From Pseudogymnoascus verrucosus (Eukaryota): 64,000 nt of DNA. The notes under the pieces are model-generated. The model did no database searches. It was not told where the DNA came from and was given only the letters and a program-made list of their open reading frames with translations. Position numbers and translations under genes: made by a program. Positions 49,897 to 61,915 of the stretch are shown here, piece by piece. Location: assembly GCA_001662655.1 (NCBI GenBank), contig KV460217.1. One strand, 5' to 3'. Positions within the stretch are counted from its first letter, which is position 1. Every line of letters begins with the position of its first letter.

Positions 49897-51548
49897 ATAT
49901 TCCACTCGAGGCGACTTCGTCTCTACTCTTCGGACTTTGATGACGACGCCGCACGGTACCTGCAAGACCGAGACTTGTGGAACTTATTTCTTTTCGACCG
50001 CTTTGTACTTGCTTCGATAATTCTTTTTGCTTTTATATCTCATTTTGCGAGATTCGATTTCACGATGGCAGCATTCACGAGCACGCTGCACAGAGAGCAG
50101 ACTTGTGAACTCGACCATACACCGGCATACGATAGATAGCGTTGTCTTTTGTTTCTGGCTGTCTCTTCACCTTTTCTTGATACCCAAATACATCAAGGAG
50201 CGAGGTGGCATCAGGCAGGCTGCATGAGATATCTTGGTGGCGTAAGAATAGGCCATCTGATGCTTTCACACAATGGGGATAGAGGAGCCGGAGGGACAAA
50301 TCATCTGGGATTCGAATTACGCATTATGACCGTCATGTTCAGCGCTTAATCTCTCTTTTATTCACATGCGGCTTCCCTTACCGGAAGCGCTGTGTGATGA
50401 CTTGCGATTTTTACTTTTCCTTTTTCCTCGCATAGACTGGCTGAAGTTTTTGTTGTCATGCTCTACCGGATCATATGGGCTTCGATCGTAGACAAAAGTG
50501 GATTTTCTTTCGATTTTCAACAACCGGGCCGGCAGACCTGTGTTGCAAGCGGCGGATCTCTTAACGCATTCATGGGATCTTCTGGGCGATGCGGTAAATA
50601 TATTGGGCATGGACAATTGTGCTATTCGGCGGGCGGCGTCTTTGAAGCAGGCATATTCCTTTTGTTCTCTAGATACGAATAGAGGATGGAGAGGAGCGTG
50701 CGGTACGACGCTATGGCGCTGATGGCATTACGGAAGTGCTCCGGCCTCTTTGCACGCGTGAGGGCGGTGGCTTTTACCCTTTGGGAGGGTATGGGGATGT
50801 GCTGCACTCATGTGCGAGGACTCGACGGGATAACTTAACTTGGGGTATCCGAATTGAAACGTCTACGTATTAAACAATCCTGCCTCGCTGTGATATGAAC
50901 TCATGTGATATTATCTGATCAATCAAATATGCCAATAATTCTCGTACCTACAAGAAACAGCCCAAAAGCTTGATTGATGTGGGGGGGACAGTGCCGAAGA
51001 ATAACCCCGTTAATCTTGCCACGAGGTTGCCGCGCGAAATAGAACAGCCTGGATGGAAAAATCGTGGCTAAATACTCTAATTCATACTACCGCGGAACCG
51101 GTCGCCCCGCGTTTGGGCCCTTCATCAAAGCAGCCAAGCCTCTATACCGACATTGACCAAGATGTTCCATCAATTAGCTGCTGATGGACGTGCGTTTGCT
51201 GGGTGAAATTCGGCCTCGGCACCAGTCGCCGGGTCGTGCCACGCGTGCTGTGGTTTCGCGATATATTAAGACGCCCCTTGTTCAAGCACCCCACAGTTAT
51301 ATTCACCATTGGTGGTTTCCAGCGCTGGGACCTGCCGGCGGCATTCTATATTCAATTTTTGCGTTTTAATTGCGATACGGGATGAAGGCTCCTTGCTAGC
51401 TTTGAGAATGGGTCATGAGGCCGTTTCTTATCCTTTAGGCCAGTGCGCAACGGGATGGACCAGACTTAAAGATGAGAGCGAGGTTCGGTTTTTGATGTGC
51501 CACCGATCTTCAAGATTCCCGAAACTTTGATCTGCTCCAGCCTTCGTC

Positions 51549-52759
51549 ATGCATTTCTCCGTCATCGTCGCTTCGGCGATCTTCGCTACCCGGGCAATGG
51601 CCGTTGGAGTCGTTGGCACGCCTGAGGGATTCGTGAGTGCCCTCTTCATATCCCCTGAGATCCCCAATGCCATTTCCCGTCACTAACACCATCACAGGGA
51701 AAAGGGACAACTGGTGGCGGCAGCGCAACCCCCCAATACCCCGCCGACATCGCCCAGCTCAAGACCTGGCTCACCGACTCCACGGCCCGCGTCATCGTCC
51801 TCAACAAGGAGTACAACTTCATCGGCTCCGAAGGCAGCGTGACCGAGACTGGCTGCCGCCCCGCCTCCAACACCTGCCCCGGCAACGGCGGCCAGGACGC
51901 CATCAACCAGGCGAGCTGGTGCACGAACGGCAACGCTGGCGCGGGCGCAACTTCCATCTCCGTGACCTACGACAAGGCTGGTATCTCCGGCATCAATGTC
52001 GGCAGCAACAAGTCCATCATCGGCATCGGGTCCTCGGGTGTGATTAAGGGCAAGGGCCTCCGCATCGCGAACGGCGCCAAGAATGTCATTATCCAGAACA
52101 TCCACATCACCAACCTCAACCCCCAGTACATCTGGGGCGGCGACGCCATCACCCTCGCCGGCACCGACCTCGTCTGGGTAGACCACGTTAAGGTCTCCCT
52201 CGTAGGCCGCCAGATGTTCGTCGCTGGCGAATCAGCCTCCAACCGCGTGACCCTCTCCAACAGCGAGTTCGACGGCAACACCAGCTGGAGCGCAACCTGT
52301 GACGGCCACCACTACTGGACCATCTACCTGACGGGTTCCAACGACTTGATCACCATGAAGGGGAACTACATCCACCACACCTCAGGTCGCGCGCCCAAGG
52401 TCGGCAGCAACACCCTCCTCCACGCTGTTAACAACTACTGGTACGCCGTCTCCGGCCACGCCTTCGACATCTCCTCCGGCAACGTGGTGGCGGAGGGCAA
52501 CGTCTTCCAAAACGTTGTGAAGCCGCTGAATGCCAACACCGGGAACTTGTTCGGGAGCCCGGACTCGAACACTAATACGCAGTGCGCGGCGTACCTTGGG
52601 CATAATTGCCAGCTTAATGCGTTTGGCAGCAGTGGGACCCTGGGGGGGACCAGTGTTAATGCGTTGGTTAACTTTGCGGGGAAGAATGTGGCGAGCTCGG
52701 TGTCGTCGAGTGGGTTGGCGAGTAGCATTGCTGCTAATGCTGGGATTGGGAAGATTTAG
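51549..52759 (+). CDS. Secreted pectin lyase (PL1)
   Basis: Signal peptide, VVGTPEGF|GKGTTGGG (intron ~51633-51697), VGSNKSIIG, KGKGLRI, IWGGDAITL, VWVDH, SGRAPK, HAVNNYW. Confidence 0.93.
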
Positions 52760-52785
52760 GGGGTTGAGGTGGGGGTGTAAATAGT

Positions 52786-52893
52786 TGGGTGACGGGTGGT
52801 GTGTGTCACTGAAATTCTTGTATATACGGATACGTATCAGCAGGACTGTTCTTAAATGCCTAGTATATATATCATTGAAGGCAGATTACAAGC
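52786..52893. repeat. Dispersed direct repeat, copy A (pectin lyase 3' flank)
   Basis: TGGGTGACG...GTGTCACTGAAA...TGTATATACG...TGTTCTYAAATGCCTRGTATATATATCAT...GCARATTACAA; matches 55391-55484. Confidence 0.85.
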
Positions 52894-53301
52894 AACATGG
52901 GTGTGTTGTAGTTGGGGCATACCATTCTACTATCCTGGGTGGTAACTTGTGGCATAGCACTTATATGTAAATCGGCTTTTCTATAAAGGAATAAGTTATA
53001 GTAACTATGGCAGCAGGGAAGTGCGACAGCGACGGTGCTAACTAGGGTTTCGTTCTAACATACATCCTAATTTTGTTGATACTTATATGTTAGAATACTG
53101 TCGAGGTGGGGAATGCTAAAGGAGTGGGACGAGACAACTTGTCGTCAAGCTGCAGAAGGCTAACCATAGCTTAAGTACTGTCCTCTGCAGCTTAGTATTA
53201 TACCACAAAGACGGAGGTTTCGCGGCCCATAGTTGCCATTAAAGTCTAATATTCCTAAATAACCTCTACGTACAGAACTTCTCTCATCTATTGACATTTC
53301 G

Positions 53302-54281
53302 CTATCCTTTATACTGAGTTGTCACCGGCTGTAGCTCTTCAAAGTTATCCCCATAAACATCAACATCACCAATGCTGCCCATAGTATCCTTTGTAATAAT
53401 AGCGCCCGGATGACACACGTTGAACACAATCATAGCGAGAAACATGAGCGTGGCGTCGAATATGTATACGTATATCTCGTGGCTCAAAAGCACACCATCT
53501 TGGCCCATCACGTACTCTATGATACGAAATACGGATCGGACAAGAATTAACAAGCAGGCCGTGTACAGAACGATCAGATGTCGCTCCCAAGGGATAGTCG
53601 CGCTGCTAGAGCGTGTGGTCGGAGACTTCTGTATGCGAAGGTGGAAAACCATCGCCACGAGGACGAACAAGCCGAAGAATAGTACCTGGATACCGAGACC
53701 AGCTGTGATCACATTCTGGCCTAAATTGACACTGCTGGTGGTCTTCGCGTTGGAGAGGATACCGCCACCGCCGCTCTGCGCGAGAAATGAGAGCACATCG
53801 CCGCCGACGAAGATCTTCGTGAGTCGACTCACTCGGATAAGAGAGTGCTTTTCGCCATCGACGAGTCGTATGATGCGGCCGAGCACCATGTAAATGGATG
53901 CGGCGAATAGAGTTGGCGCCAGGAGAATGAGCAGCGATTGCATTACATAAGGAATGAGACTCCAGTTCGGGGTTTCATTTGCGGAGAGGGCGCGCCCTAC
54001 ATAGCCGATTGTTTCGACTAGGAACAGTGTTAATAGGAAATTTATGGACGGGTAGTGAAAGGACTGGAATTTGATAAAAAAAAAGCCCTATTCGGAGGCG
54101 AGGGATACATACAAATTCCCCCCATGACGAAGGGTATGAAGTACCAAGTTCGCTTGCGAAAGAGCTGGTATGTGTGGAACAATGTCGAAATTGCGAAGAG
54201 GACTATCATTACGATTGCCGCAGCTTTAGACGGGCTGTAATGGTAGAGTTTGAACTCCCCAACTGCTCTGGATTCCCTCAT
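53302..54281 (-). CDS. RTA1-like (Rta1/Rsb1) membrane protein
   Basis: YHYSPSKAAA, FETIGY (intron 54018-54112), LLAPTLFAASIYMVLGRII, KIFVGGDVLSF, LVRSVFRIIEY, YIFDATLM. Confidence 0.92.
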
Positions 54282-55390
54282 TGTTGTAATGATTAGGAGG
54301 CTTGGAATGAGCGAAAGCTTAGCAATTGAATCTTAGGTTGCATAAAAAGACAGTTGTATCAGAGAAATGGATTGGAATGCAAAGATCTGGCATGAGGGAA
54401 TATTAATGGTTTTATATATCTGTAGTATAGAACCCACGGATGACGACGTCGCCGACTACGCCAACCTGGTGCATTCATATCAACGAGTATATTCCTCAAG
54501 CGGAACTTCCCTTGGGACGCGTCCCTCTGTTTGGCCCGCTTTCGTCGCATCTTGATACATTCATTGTCCAGTTATTCGCCCTGGTCAAACTGTCATGCCT
54601 CTGCCAAACGCCGTTTATAAATGCTTACAGTGGGTTTCTCCCATTCGGTTCGCATTCTGTTGCTACACCCCTGTCTCGCACTCGGACTCGCACTCGCACT
54701 CGCACTCGGAGGGCAAAAATAGGTACAAAGTAGCGCAGGATCGGCAACTTGTCACATCTTAGCGCTCGTATTTAGCCCCATGCTTATTTTTCATTGTGCC
54801 TTGCCAAGGAGGTGTACGCGTTCCAGCGAGTTGACAGGGTAAATCTGTGATTTTCTGTACTACAGATGTTATCTTCAGGGCTAGATCCGATAAGCTGCCG
54901 CTCCTAGTTGAGCTCCTATTGGAATTCTATGCGCCCTGACTTATCAGCACAGCCTCATCTTCTCAACTCTGCTTACTATACGTGTATAAGGCTTTGTTAG
55001 CGTACTGTACTATGCTGTACAAAAGCTTCGCACTTGCATTTGTAACGGTTCGGATTTTCAAGAGTTCCGATTTTCCGGTGCCCACGCCACACATACACGT
55101 AACATTAGCGATAGTTTAACACCTCTAACCTCCCTAGCATTCCTTCCCTCCTGACCATGTCTGATATGCATGATAACGGTGGGCAGTCGAGATACTCTTC
55201 CATTAGATCTCACCGAAAGAGCCGGGCGGGATATAAAACGTGTAAGAGGAGTAAGATTACAGCGAGTCCAGTGCATCCGCCCACCTCCTTCTAGTATCTG
55301 TTGTGCGAAATAGTCTCCTTTGGCATTTGGGATGTTTCCCTCACATAGACCTTGGCTTCGCTTCAAGCACTTAAGATTATGGGGTGGAGC

Positions 55391-55484
55391 TGGGTGACGA
55401 GCGTGTCACTGAAAGTCATGTATATACGCAGAAGGGATGTTCTCAAATGCCTGGTATATATATCATCAAAAGCAAATTACAAAC
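55391..55484. repeat. Dispersed direct repeat, copy B
   Basis: Diverged copy of 52786-52893 in the same orientation. Confidence 0.85.
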
Positions 55485-55594
55485 TTCATGGCCATGCTGT
55501 ATTTAGGCAATAAAATATTCTCGTTTCCCTCCATGGTAATTTTATGGCACAGCATTTATTGTATAAAATCGACGAAAACAAAAAGGAAGTAAAA

Positions 55595-55713
55595 ACATAC
55601 AACAGTGGGTATTCGCTGGTGGTCACCCACCCAACTACTAATCCACCGATCTCAAGCTTGTGTATGGCAGAGCGGACGGGATGCCCAATTCTCTTGAGTC
55701 TATGGTCGTATGT
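55595..55713 (-). rRNA. Dispersed 5S rRNA gene
   Basis: Minus strand reads ACATACGACCATAG...GCATCCCGTCCGCTCTGCC...AGTAGTTGGGTGGGTGACCACCAGCGAATACCCACTGTTGTATGT (119 nt), followed by a T-run Pol III terminator. Confidence 0.96.
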
Positions 55714-55786
55714 GACTGTTGCTTGGATGCTGGGATACATAAACTAGGGAGAATCTACAATTCTCATAATCTGCATTACTTTAAAT

Positions 55787-58185
55787 CTATTCGAGGATAT
55801 CCGTCGTCCAAACCCTATTTTCTTCATTCCCGTCCAGAGTATCGTCCGGAATAGAGGAGCATATAAGCGATACATCAACCACCCCAGGTTCCACAGAATC
55901 TGGGTTAATTGCTCGCCGAATCTGTGCAACAACCTCGGTGATTTTCGACACGTCCAAGTGTACCCAGCTCCACATCTGAAATACTTTGAGAGAGTCTGCG
56001 GACATGTCAGCTTGAAGCGAAAAGCTATAGAAAAGACAGTCGAGCTCACCTTGGAGTATGCGCGCGATCTGCCACCAACGCGCAAAGTTCTCCAGTGAAA
56101 TACTCAGCAGATCGAGGGCGTTATCGATCCTTGTAGCTACTTCCGAATTGCCGTCGTCGGTAAAAGACATTTTGTGAATGGTCAACCCACAGTGCGCATG
56201 CCATATCGCACAGCTTATCACAGGATCCGCAACAGCGAAGTATTCCGATTCCCAATGGTGGAAAACACCTGCGAGATCCTCCGCATAAGTAATACTGCTT
56301 TGCCAGCAGCTGAGGGAGTCCCCTGTTATTCTATGTGCTTGTTCAGTGCCTAAGGTTCTCACTGGCTCGTTGATTATCAAGTGTGCGCTAGTACACGTTA
56401 GTTGCTGCCATCTTGCTAGGAATTGCACTTACGTGTGAAACATAATTATCGTTTCGAGTCTATGTCTGTGGGAATGAAACTGCTCTGATGGACGCTTAGC
56501 GGCATTGAAGTACCAGGCTGGTAAAGCGAGACGCATGCATGAAAATGTGTTTCTGAGAGCCATCATACGAGCAATTTCCTCTGGCGTTGAGTTTGCATAG
56601 AGGCGCTGCTGGCATTGAGATACGCCCCGAAGTAGTGACACGGCGAGAAGGTGGATATTAAATCCATCTCCGGGATCAAGAGACTGCATTTCTCGGACTG
56701 CCCTCCATGATTTGGCTGAGTCGGTGTCCAAAAGCGTCCCGGTGGACTGTTTTGTAATTCCATTCGTAAAATCTGCAACTGTTGTCGAAACCAGCGCGGA
56801 GCCAATTGTATGGCAATCTATTCCAAATGGCATTACGGCGGTAACATTGATCGTTGAATCCAATTTCCATATTGCCCACCATACAAATCTCCATTCTTCT
56901 CGATCCGCATCGGACAAGCCACACGAGTTTCCCTTAATATCAATCTGATGAAGTCGACTAGCAAGAGACAGTCGCACAGCATTTCCGACATACATCCATG
57001 CCTTACGGCCGGGATAATTGGTATACTCATGGATAGCCAATAGACATGCGGTTTTAATATCATCTAGACATATTGCGCTGTTTTCTTCAAGCCTATTATG
57101 GGACTGTTGGTGTGCAAGCTTTGCAAAATTCTCCCATGGTGTAGAGAACTTCCCAAAGACTCGAAAAACATCAGACGTCGGGACAAATCTCGACGACATA
57201 GCAAACATGGCGTTGAGAAGGCTTTCGGGGATTTGGTTTTCGTGAAACCTTTGGTGGAACATAGGCTTGCGGAACATGGGGAAGATGGGTTGAATATGAT
57301 CGAAGTATAGACAGATACTGAAAATATATTAACATAACCCGCAACATTAGGGTTTGTTACATACAGAAGCTGTTTGGAATCTTCAGCTAATGTGCTAGCA
57401 GAAAACAATGTTGACGCACTAATGACTGGCGACATGACTGGTTGTTCAACAGAAAAAGGTGGACTATCTTCGGTCCTAACAGGGTTGCCTTCGAGAGATG
57501 GCGAAAACTGTAACAGTGATTCCATGTTCGTCACTGCCTGCAATGGGCCGTTGCTGTTTGGGCCCAGGATGGGGTATGTGAAGTTCTGCTGCTCATAGCC
57601 CTGCAAAAAATCGACGGCGAGTGGATTATGGTATGCTAGCGGTTGCATTTCGGAATCTTGCGTGTAATAACCTGGTATGGCATTCTGTCCCGATGCTAAT
57701 TGGCCATGGAGGCCTTGTAATAAGCCTTCAAGATGATCTTCCAACTATAATTAATGCCAAATCATCAGAGTCAGGAATGAACTGACTAACTCAATCTGAA
57801 TGACATATCTCTCGTCTTCGAGGATACCGAACCTTTAGCAGGACCAGGCCGTCTCTTTTTACCCTCGTATTGGCAGGTATAACCACTCGTTCGGCACCTT
57901 GAGCATGTCGGCCGTTCGAGGTTGCCTATATAAGCATGAGCAGTCTAAACAGTGTTACATCGGGAGTATACCGTACATTTTCTTTTCAATCTAAATAAAG
58001 GGACACTATGTCAGCATTACGAATCTGTAACAAGTCGAGTTCCATTACCTCTTGCAGTTGCTACACACCCGGTATTTTGAGGCACTATCTTCCTCTCCAC
58101 GATTCAAATTGCCAGAGCTTCTTGTACTCGTAGTCGATGTCGTGTCTCGCAAAGCTGAAGGGCTGAGGTCTTGTTGACTGTACAT
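55787..58185 (-). CDS. Zn(II)2Cys6 transcription factor with fungal-specific TF domain
   Basis: Spliced CSNCKR|LKRK|CNLERPTCSRCRTSGYTC uses a 14-nt micro-exon (57977-57990). Middle domain AWMYVGNAVRL...LHQID...REEWRFVWWAIWKLD. ATG at 58185. Confidence 0.85.
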
Positions 58186-58512
58186 TTGCAGATATCTGGT
58201 TTGGATAATAAGGGTCTAAGTTGATTAATATGAGAGGATAGATAATAGATGGTGGGAGTGGCGTACATTTTGTACGATTTGAAAGAAGGTGGAGAAGCAA
58301 AGTCCACTAGTGCGGGGTGTGGAGGATGGGCCCGCCCCCAATACTTCCGTACTCAAGTGCTAATGTCTAACTTTTCCTAGTTGAGATAATACCCTAGATT
58401 ATGCTGGGGGATCCACAAAAATGAAATTCATTAATACAAGAGGAGCCTCATAGACTTTTCGGGTCTACTAAATATGGAAACTTTTCATCATTATTATCTT
58501 CTATGGGAATAA

Positions 58513-59621
58513 TTATTGCGTTCCTTCTTTCTCAAACACAATAGTATTTCTTAGAACTCCAATTGGCTTCACTTCCACCTCGACTACGTCTCCATCCTTG
58601 AGAGGACATTTGGGGTTCTGGAACCAGCCTACACCTGCTGGCGTACCGGTCATAATAGCCGTGCCCGCAGGAATCGTCGTACCTGTCCGATGAAGTTTTG
58701 TTAGCTTATCTGTGCCCTTTAATATAGAGAAAAACATTGAAGCCACTCACCTTGCGACAAGAAGCTTAACAATTCGTCTACTGGGAAGATAAAATCAAAC
58801 GGGCTATCCTGAACCACCTTTCCATTCACTCTTGTCGTAATCCTGCGGTTCTGGTCGGGACTAAATACTGAGGGGTGTACAAGTCTTGGTCCCAATGGGC
58901 CGAATTTATCGAACCCCTTAGCGTACGTGTACTGACCACCAGAAGTGCGCTGGAAAACCCTTGCCGTGAGGTCGTTTCCGATGGTGTATCCAAGGATGTA
59001 TGACATGGCCTTTGAAGCTGGGACAGATCTTATGGAGTCGCGGAGAACGACGGTGAGTTCGCCCTGTTGTGAAGAGGGATATGTAAGCAATCGCCAGGGC
59101 AAGAACAGTAACTAAAATGCAGTGAGACATGAATTTACCTCGAAATCAGGGAAGGAGCGGTGGGCTTGTGGAGGGAAGCTGATGGATGTGTTGTGGTCTG
59201 CGAGAGCAGCGGCTGGTTTGTACCACATTGGCGGGTCTTCTGGAATTGGTATCTTTGGATTAATTACGTCAGTTTTGCTAATTTATGAGATATAGGGCAG
59301 TGAAAGACGAACCGAGGCTTCGTTTGCATGGTTTCTGTAGTTCAAGCCAACGCAGATAATTGGAATACCTGTGGTAGGAACTGGTGCTAAAAGCTATACA
59401 CAAGCGTTAATAAGTTACAATGATTTGAATTGCGTATCTGTGAGGGATCATACATTTTTGACCGTCACCTCCGCAAAAACACCATCCGACTCGAGTGCCT
59501 CAATGCTGGCATATCCCTTCACCTTCAAACCTGAAGCTGCTGTTTCATCTAGAGAAAGTGCCGCCCAGTGTTCGCCGCCTTCTACAGCTGTAAAGCGAAT
59601 AATACTGTCCCAATGAGCCAT
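58513..59621 (-). CDS. Fumarylacetoacetate hydrolase (FAH) superfamily protein
   Basis: [67 protein letters not shown]; four introns. Confidence 0.9.
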
Positions 59622-60333
59622 GGTTAATATATGATTGAATGATACTGGAATGCTTTGATTTTTCGACTTCACCTCAGACTCCATATAACATATATATAAT
59701 CATCCTCTAAAACAACCTTAGGAAACATAGCTAGCCATGTCTACACTAGGCAGTCGCAAGTTCTACATTAAGCGCAAAATAATCATTATCTTGTTGCGGA
59801 CTAATCTCTGCGTTCTATGCGGACAAATTTGAGGGATGCCCATCTCAGAGTGCCTGTGCTTTCATGGACCACCTTGCCGGGCTCAAAACGGCTAGACTAT
59901 AAAGTGAACTTTGGTAGAGTGGGGCTAGTGGGGAATTATTAGCATCTGCGCAGGATATTCGGCAACGTGCGGAGTATTTGATGCGCGGGGCATTTGAATA
60001 TGCATGTGCGGAGTAAATAGATATGCCGCCTCCGCCTCCGCATGTACCTATTGGGCATCTATTGCAGGGACAATACGTCGGGGATTTGTGAAGCTCACCA
60101 AAGATGGAGATCCACAAGGAAGACTTGTAGAGCTTGCCACGTGAGGAAAGATCAAAGAGCTCGTTCGAGCTAGCTATTTGCACTTTCCTAATCCGATCCC
60201 CTAATCCGATTCACTAGGCCTTGAATCCTCGAAGGCTGCGACGCAAACCCCAAGGGATTGAACAAGGCGCTACATTTTCAACAAAAAATGTATATCATGA
60301 TTATGTATTTGGTCTGCAATGATCATAATATAA

Positions 60334-61409
60334 CTATTCTGCTACTCCTTTCTCTGGTCTAACAGGTCCCCAAATATACATAGACGCGGCACCTTCACTC
60401 TTTGTTCTCCCAGTAACATTGTCAATATTAACTACATCCCCATCTGCATAATGCTCAATCGTGAACCCTGTTGGATCTCTCCAATAATCGAAAATCTGCG
60501 AGCCCAGGATATGTCTTCCAACGCCCCAGACCGGAGTATAGCCTTTGCTGAGTAGGAAGTCGTGGCCTAGAAGTTGTGTATCAAAGTCTTCCACCTCGAA
60601 TGAGCAATGGTGGAGGCGATGCTTATCAGGGAAATTTGCTGGCGCGCGAAACAAGAACAACGTATGGTGATCGCTGTACTCTTTGGCGTGATCCAGGTGC
60701 ATGAAGGTTAGAGTATCAATTTCTTCGCCATTGACCTCTTCGTATAGAATGTCCGAGGGGACAAAGTTGAAATTGAGAGTATAGAAGGCAATATCCTCGT
60801 CGAACATGGACGTGATGAAGCCGTAATGGCCGAGCTTATGAACCATAGCCGGGCCGAGTTTGAATCTCTGGAATTCGCCTACAAAGTTAGCCTCTATTTC
60901 GAAATCCTTATGACACAACGCAAACATATACCTTTTCTGGACTTCTGCAGAGTAGTATTATACGCTCCTTTGTGAATTTCCGTGCTAGTGGCAACCTTTG
61001 TTGGCGCTGGACGTTCTCCATTACCCCAGAGAACATGAATCTTAGAGGACGATGGAGACTCGATAGTCACGATTTTGCCACCACCTGGGCCGAGATTTGG
61101 CCTCACTTCTGACGCCCCCTTCAACTTTGATGATTTTATAAAATCCTCTTCTGTCTGAGCAATAAAAGCAGCACCTTCAAAGCGCTTCTGTCCATCTTTA
61201 CTCTTGATGGCTACATACGCACAAGAGTCTTTTCCCCAGCCACGGTAGTATATGATATCTTTGTCTCGCCCTGCTTCCTCAAATCCAAAATCTTTCGCGA
61301 ATTGGTCGAATTTTTCGAGGTCAGGATGTGCAAGATAGACGTGGCTGAGGCGGTTGAGTTGGATCTTGTCTGGCGAGTTGATGACAGGTGGAATACGTCC
61401 TGGTAGCAT
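60334..61409 (-). CDS. VOC/glyoxalase-fold extradiol ring-cleavage dioxygenase (trihydroxytoluene oxygenase-like)
   Basis: RLSHVYLAHPDL, VHKLGHYG, FMHLD, DHHTLF, HHCSFEVED, WGVGRHILGSQIFDYWRDPTGFTIEHYADGD (His/His/Glu metal ligands); one intron ~60879-60931. Confidence 0.88.
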
Positions 61410-61915
61410 CTTGAATATAGTATGTCACTAAATTGAAGAATGATGAGGAGATAATATCTGAGGTGTATTAGAGTGATACTAGCTTGAATGTCGAAGATTG
61501 CAGTAGTATTTTGATACAGTAGAATAACGGAAGATTATGGTGGATAGTATTCAATAAACTCTAACCTTCCTCTAAATGATCTCTTATCTGTTGAATTCAT
61601 TTCACCATTTGCTATCCTGCATAATTAGTAAATTGTGAGTTTTAGCTTCCACCTAATTACTCCGCGGGACGTATGGGGAAGCGGAACATCTTTTGGATAG
61701 CTTCTCCGCTGAGTGGTGGTGTATGGTAACCCCTCGTCCCACAAAAATACGGAACAGAAAATTAACGAGCACATGCAGATGCGGTGGTGTTGAATCCAAC
61801 ATGCAAGGGTCCATGTAATAAGCTTCCCCGCAATCTGTCTCTTTATATTATTTTGAGTCTTCACTTTTCTCCAGAGAGATTGCAGAAAGCTAAGACGACT
61901 AAACAGTAGCTAATC

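Noticed and set aside
54674..54710. (ACTCGC)n microsatellite, and GCGGTAGAA repeats near 46320-46360
   Set aside because: Ordinary short simple repeats with no further structure.
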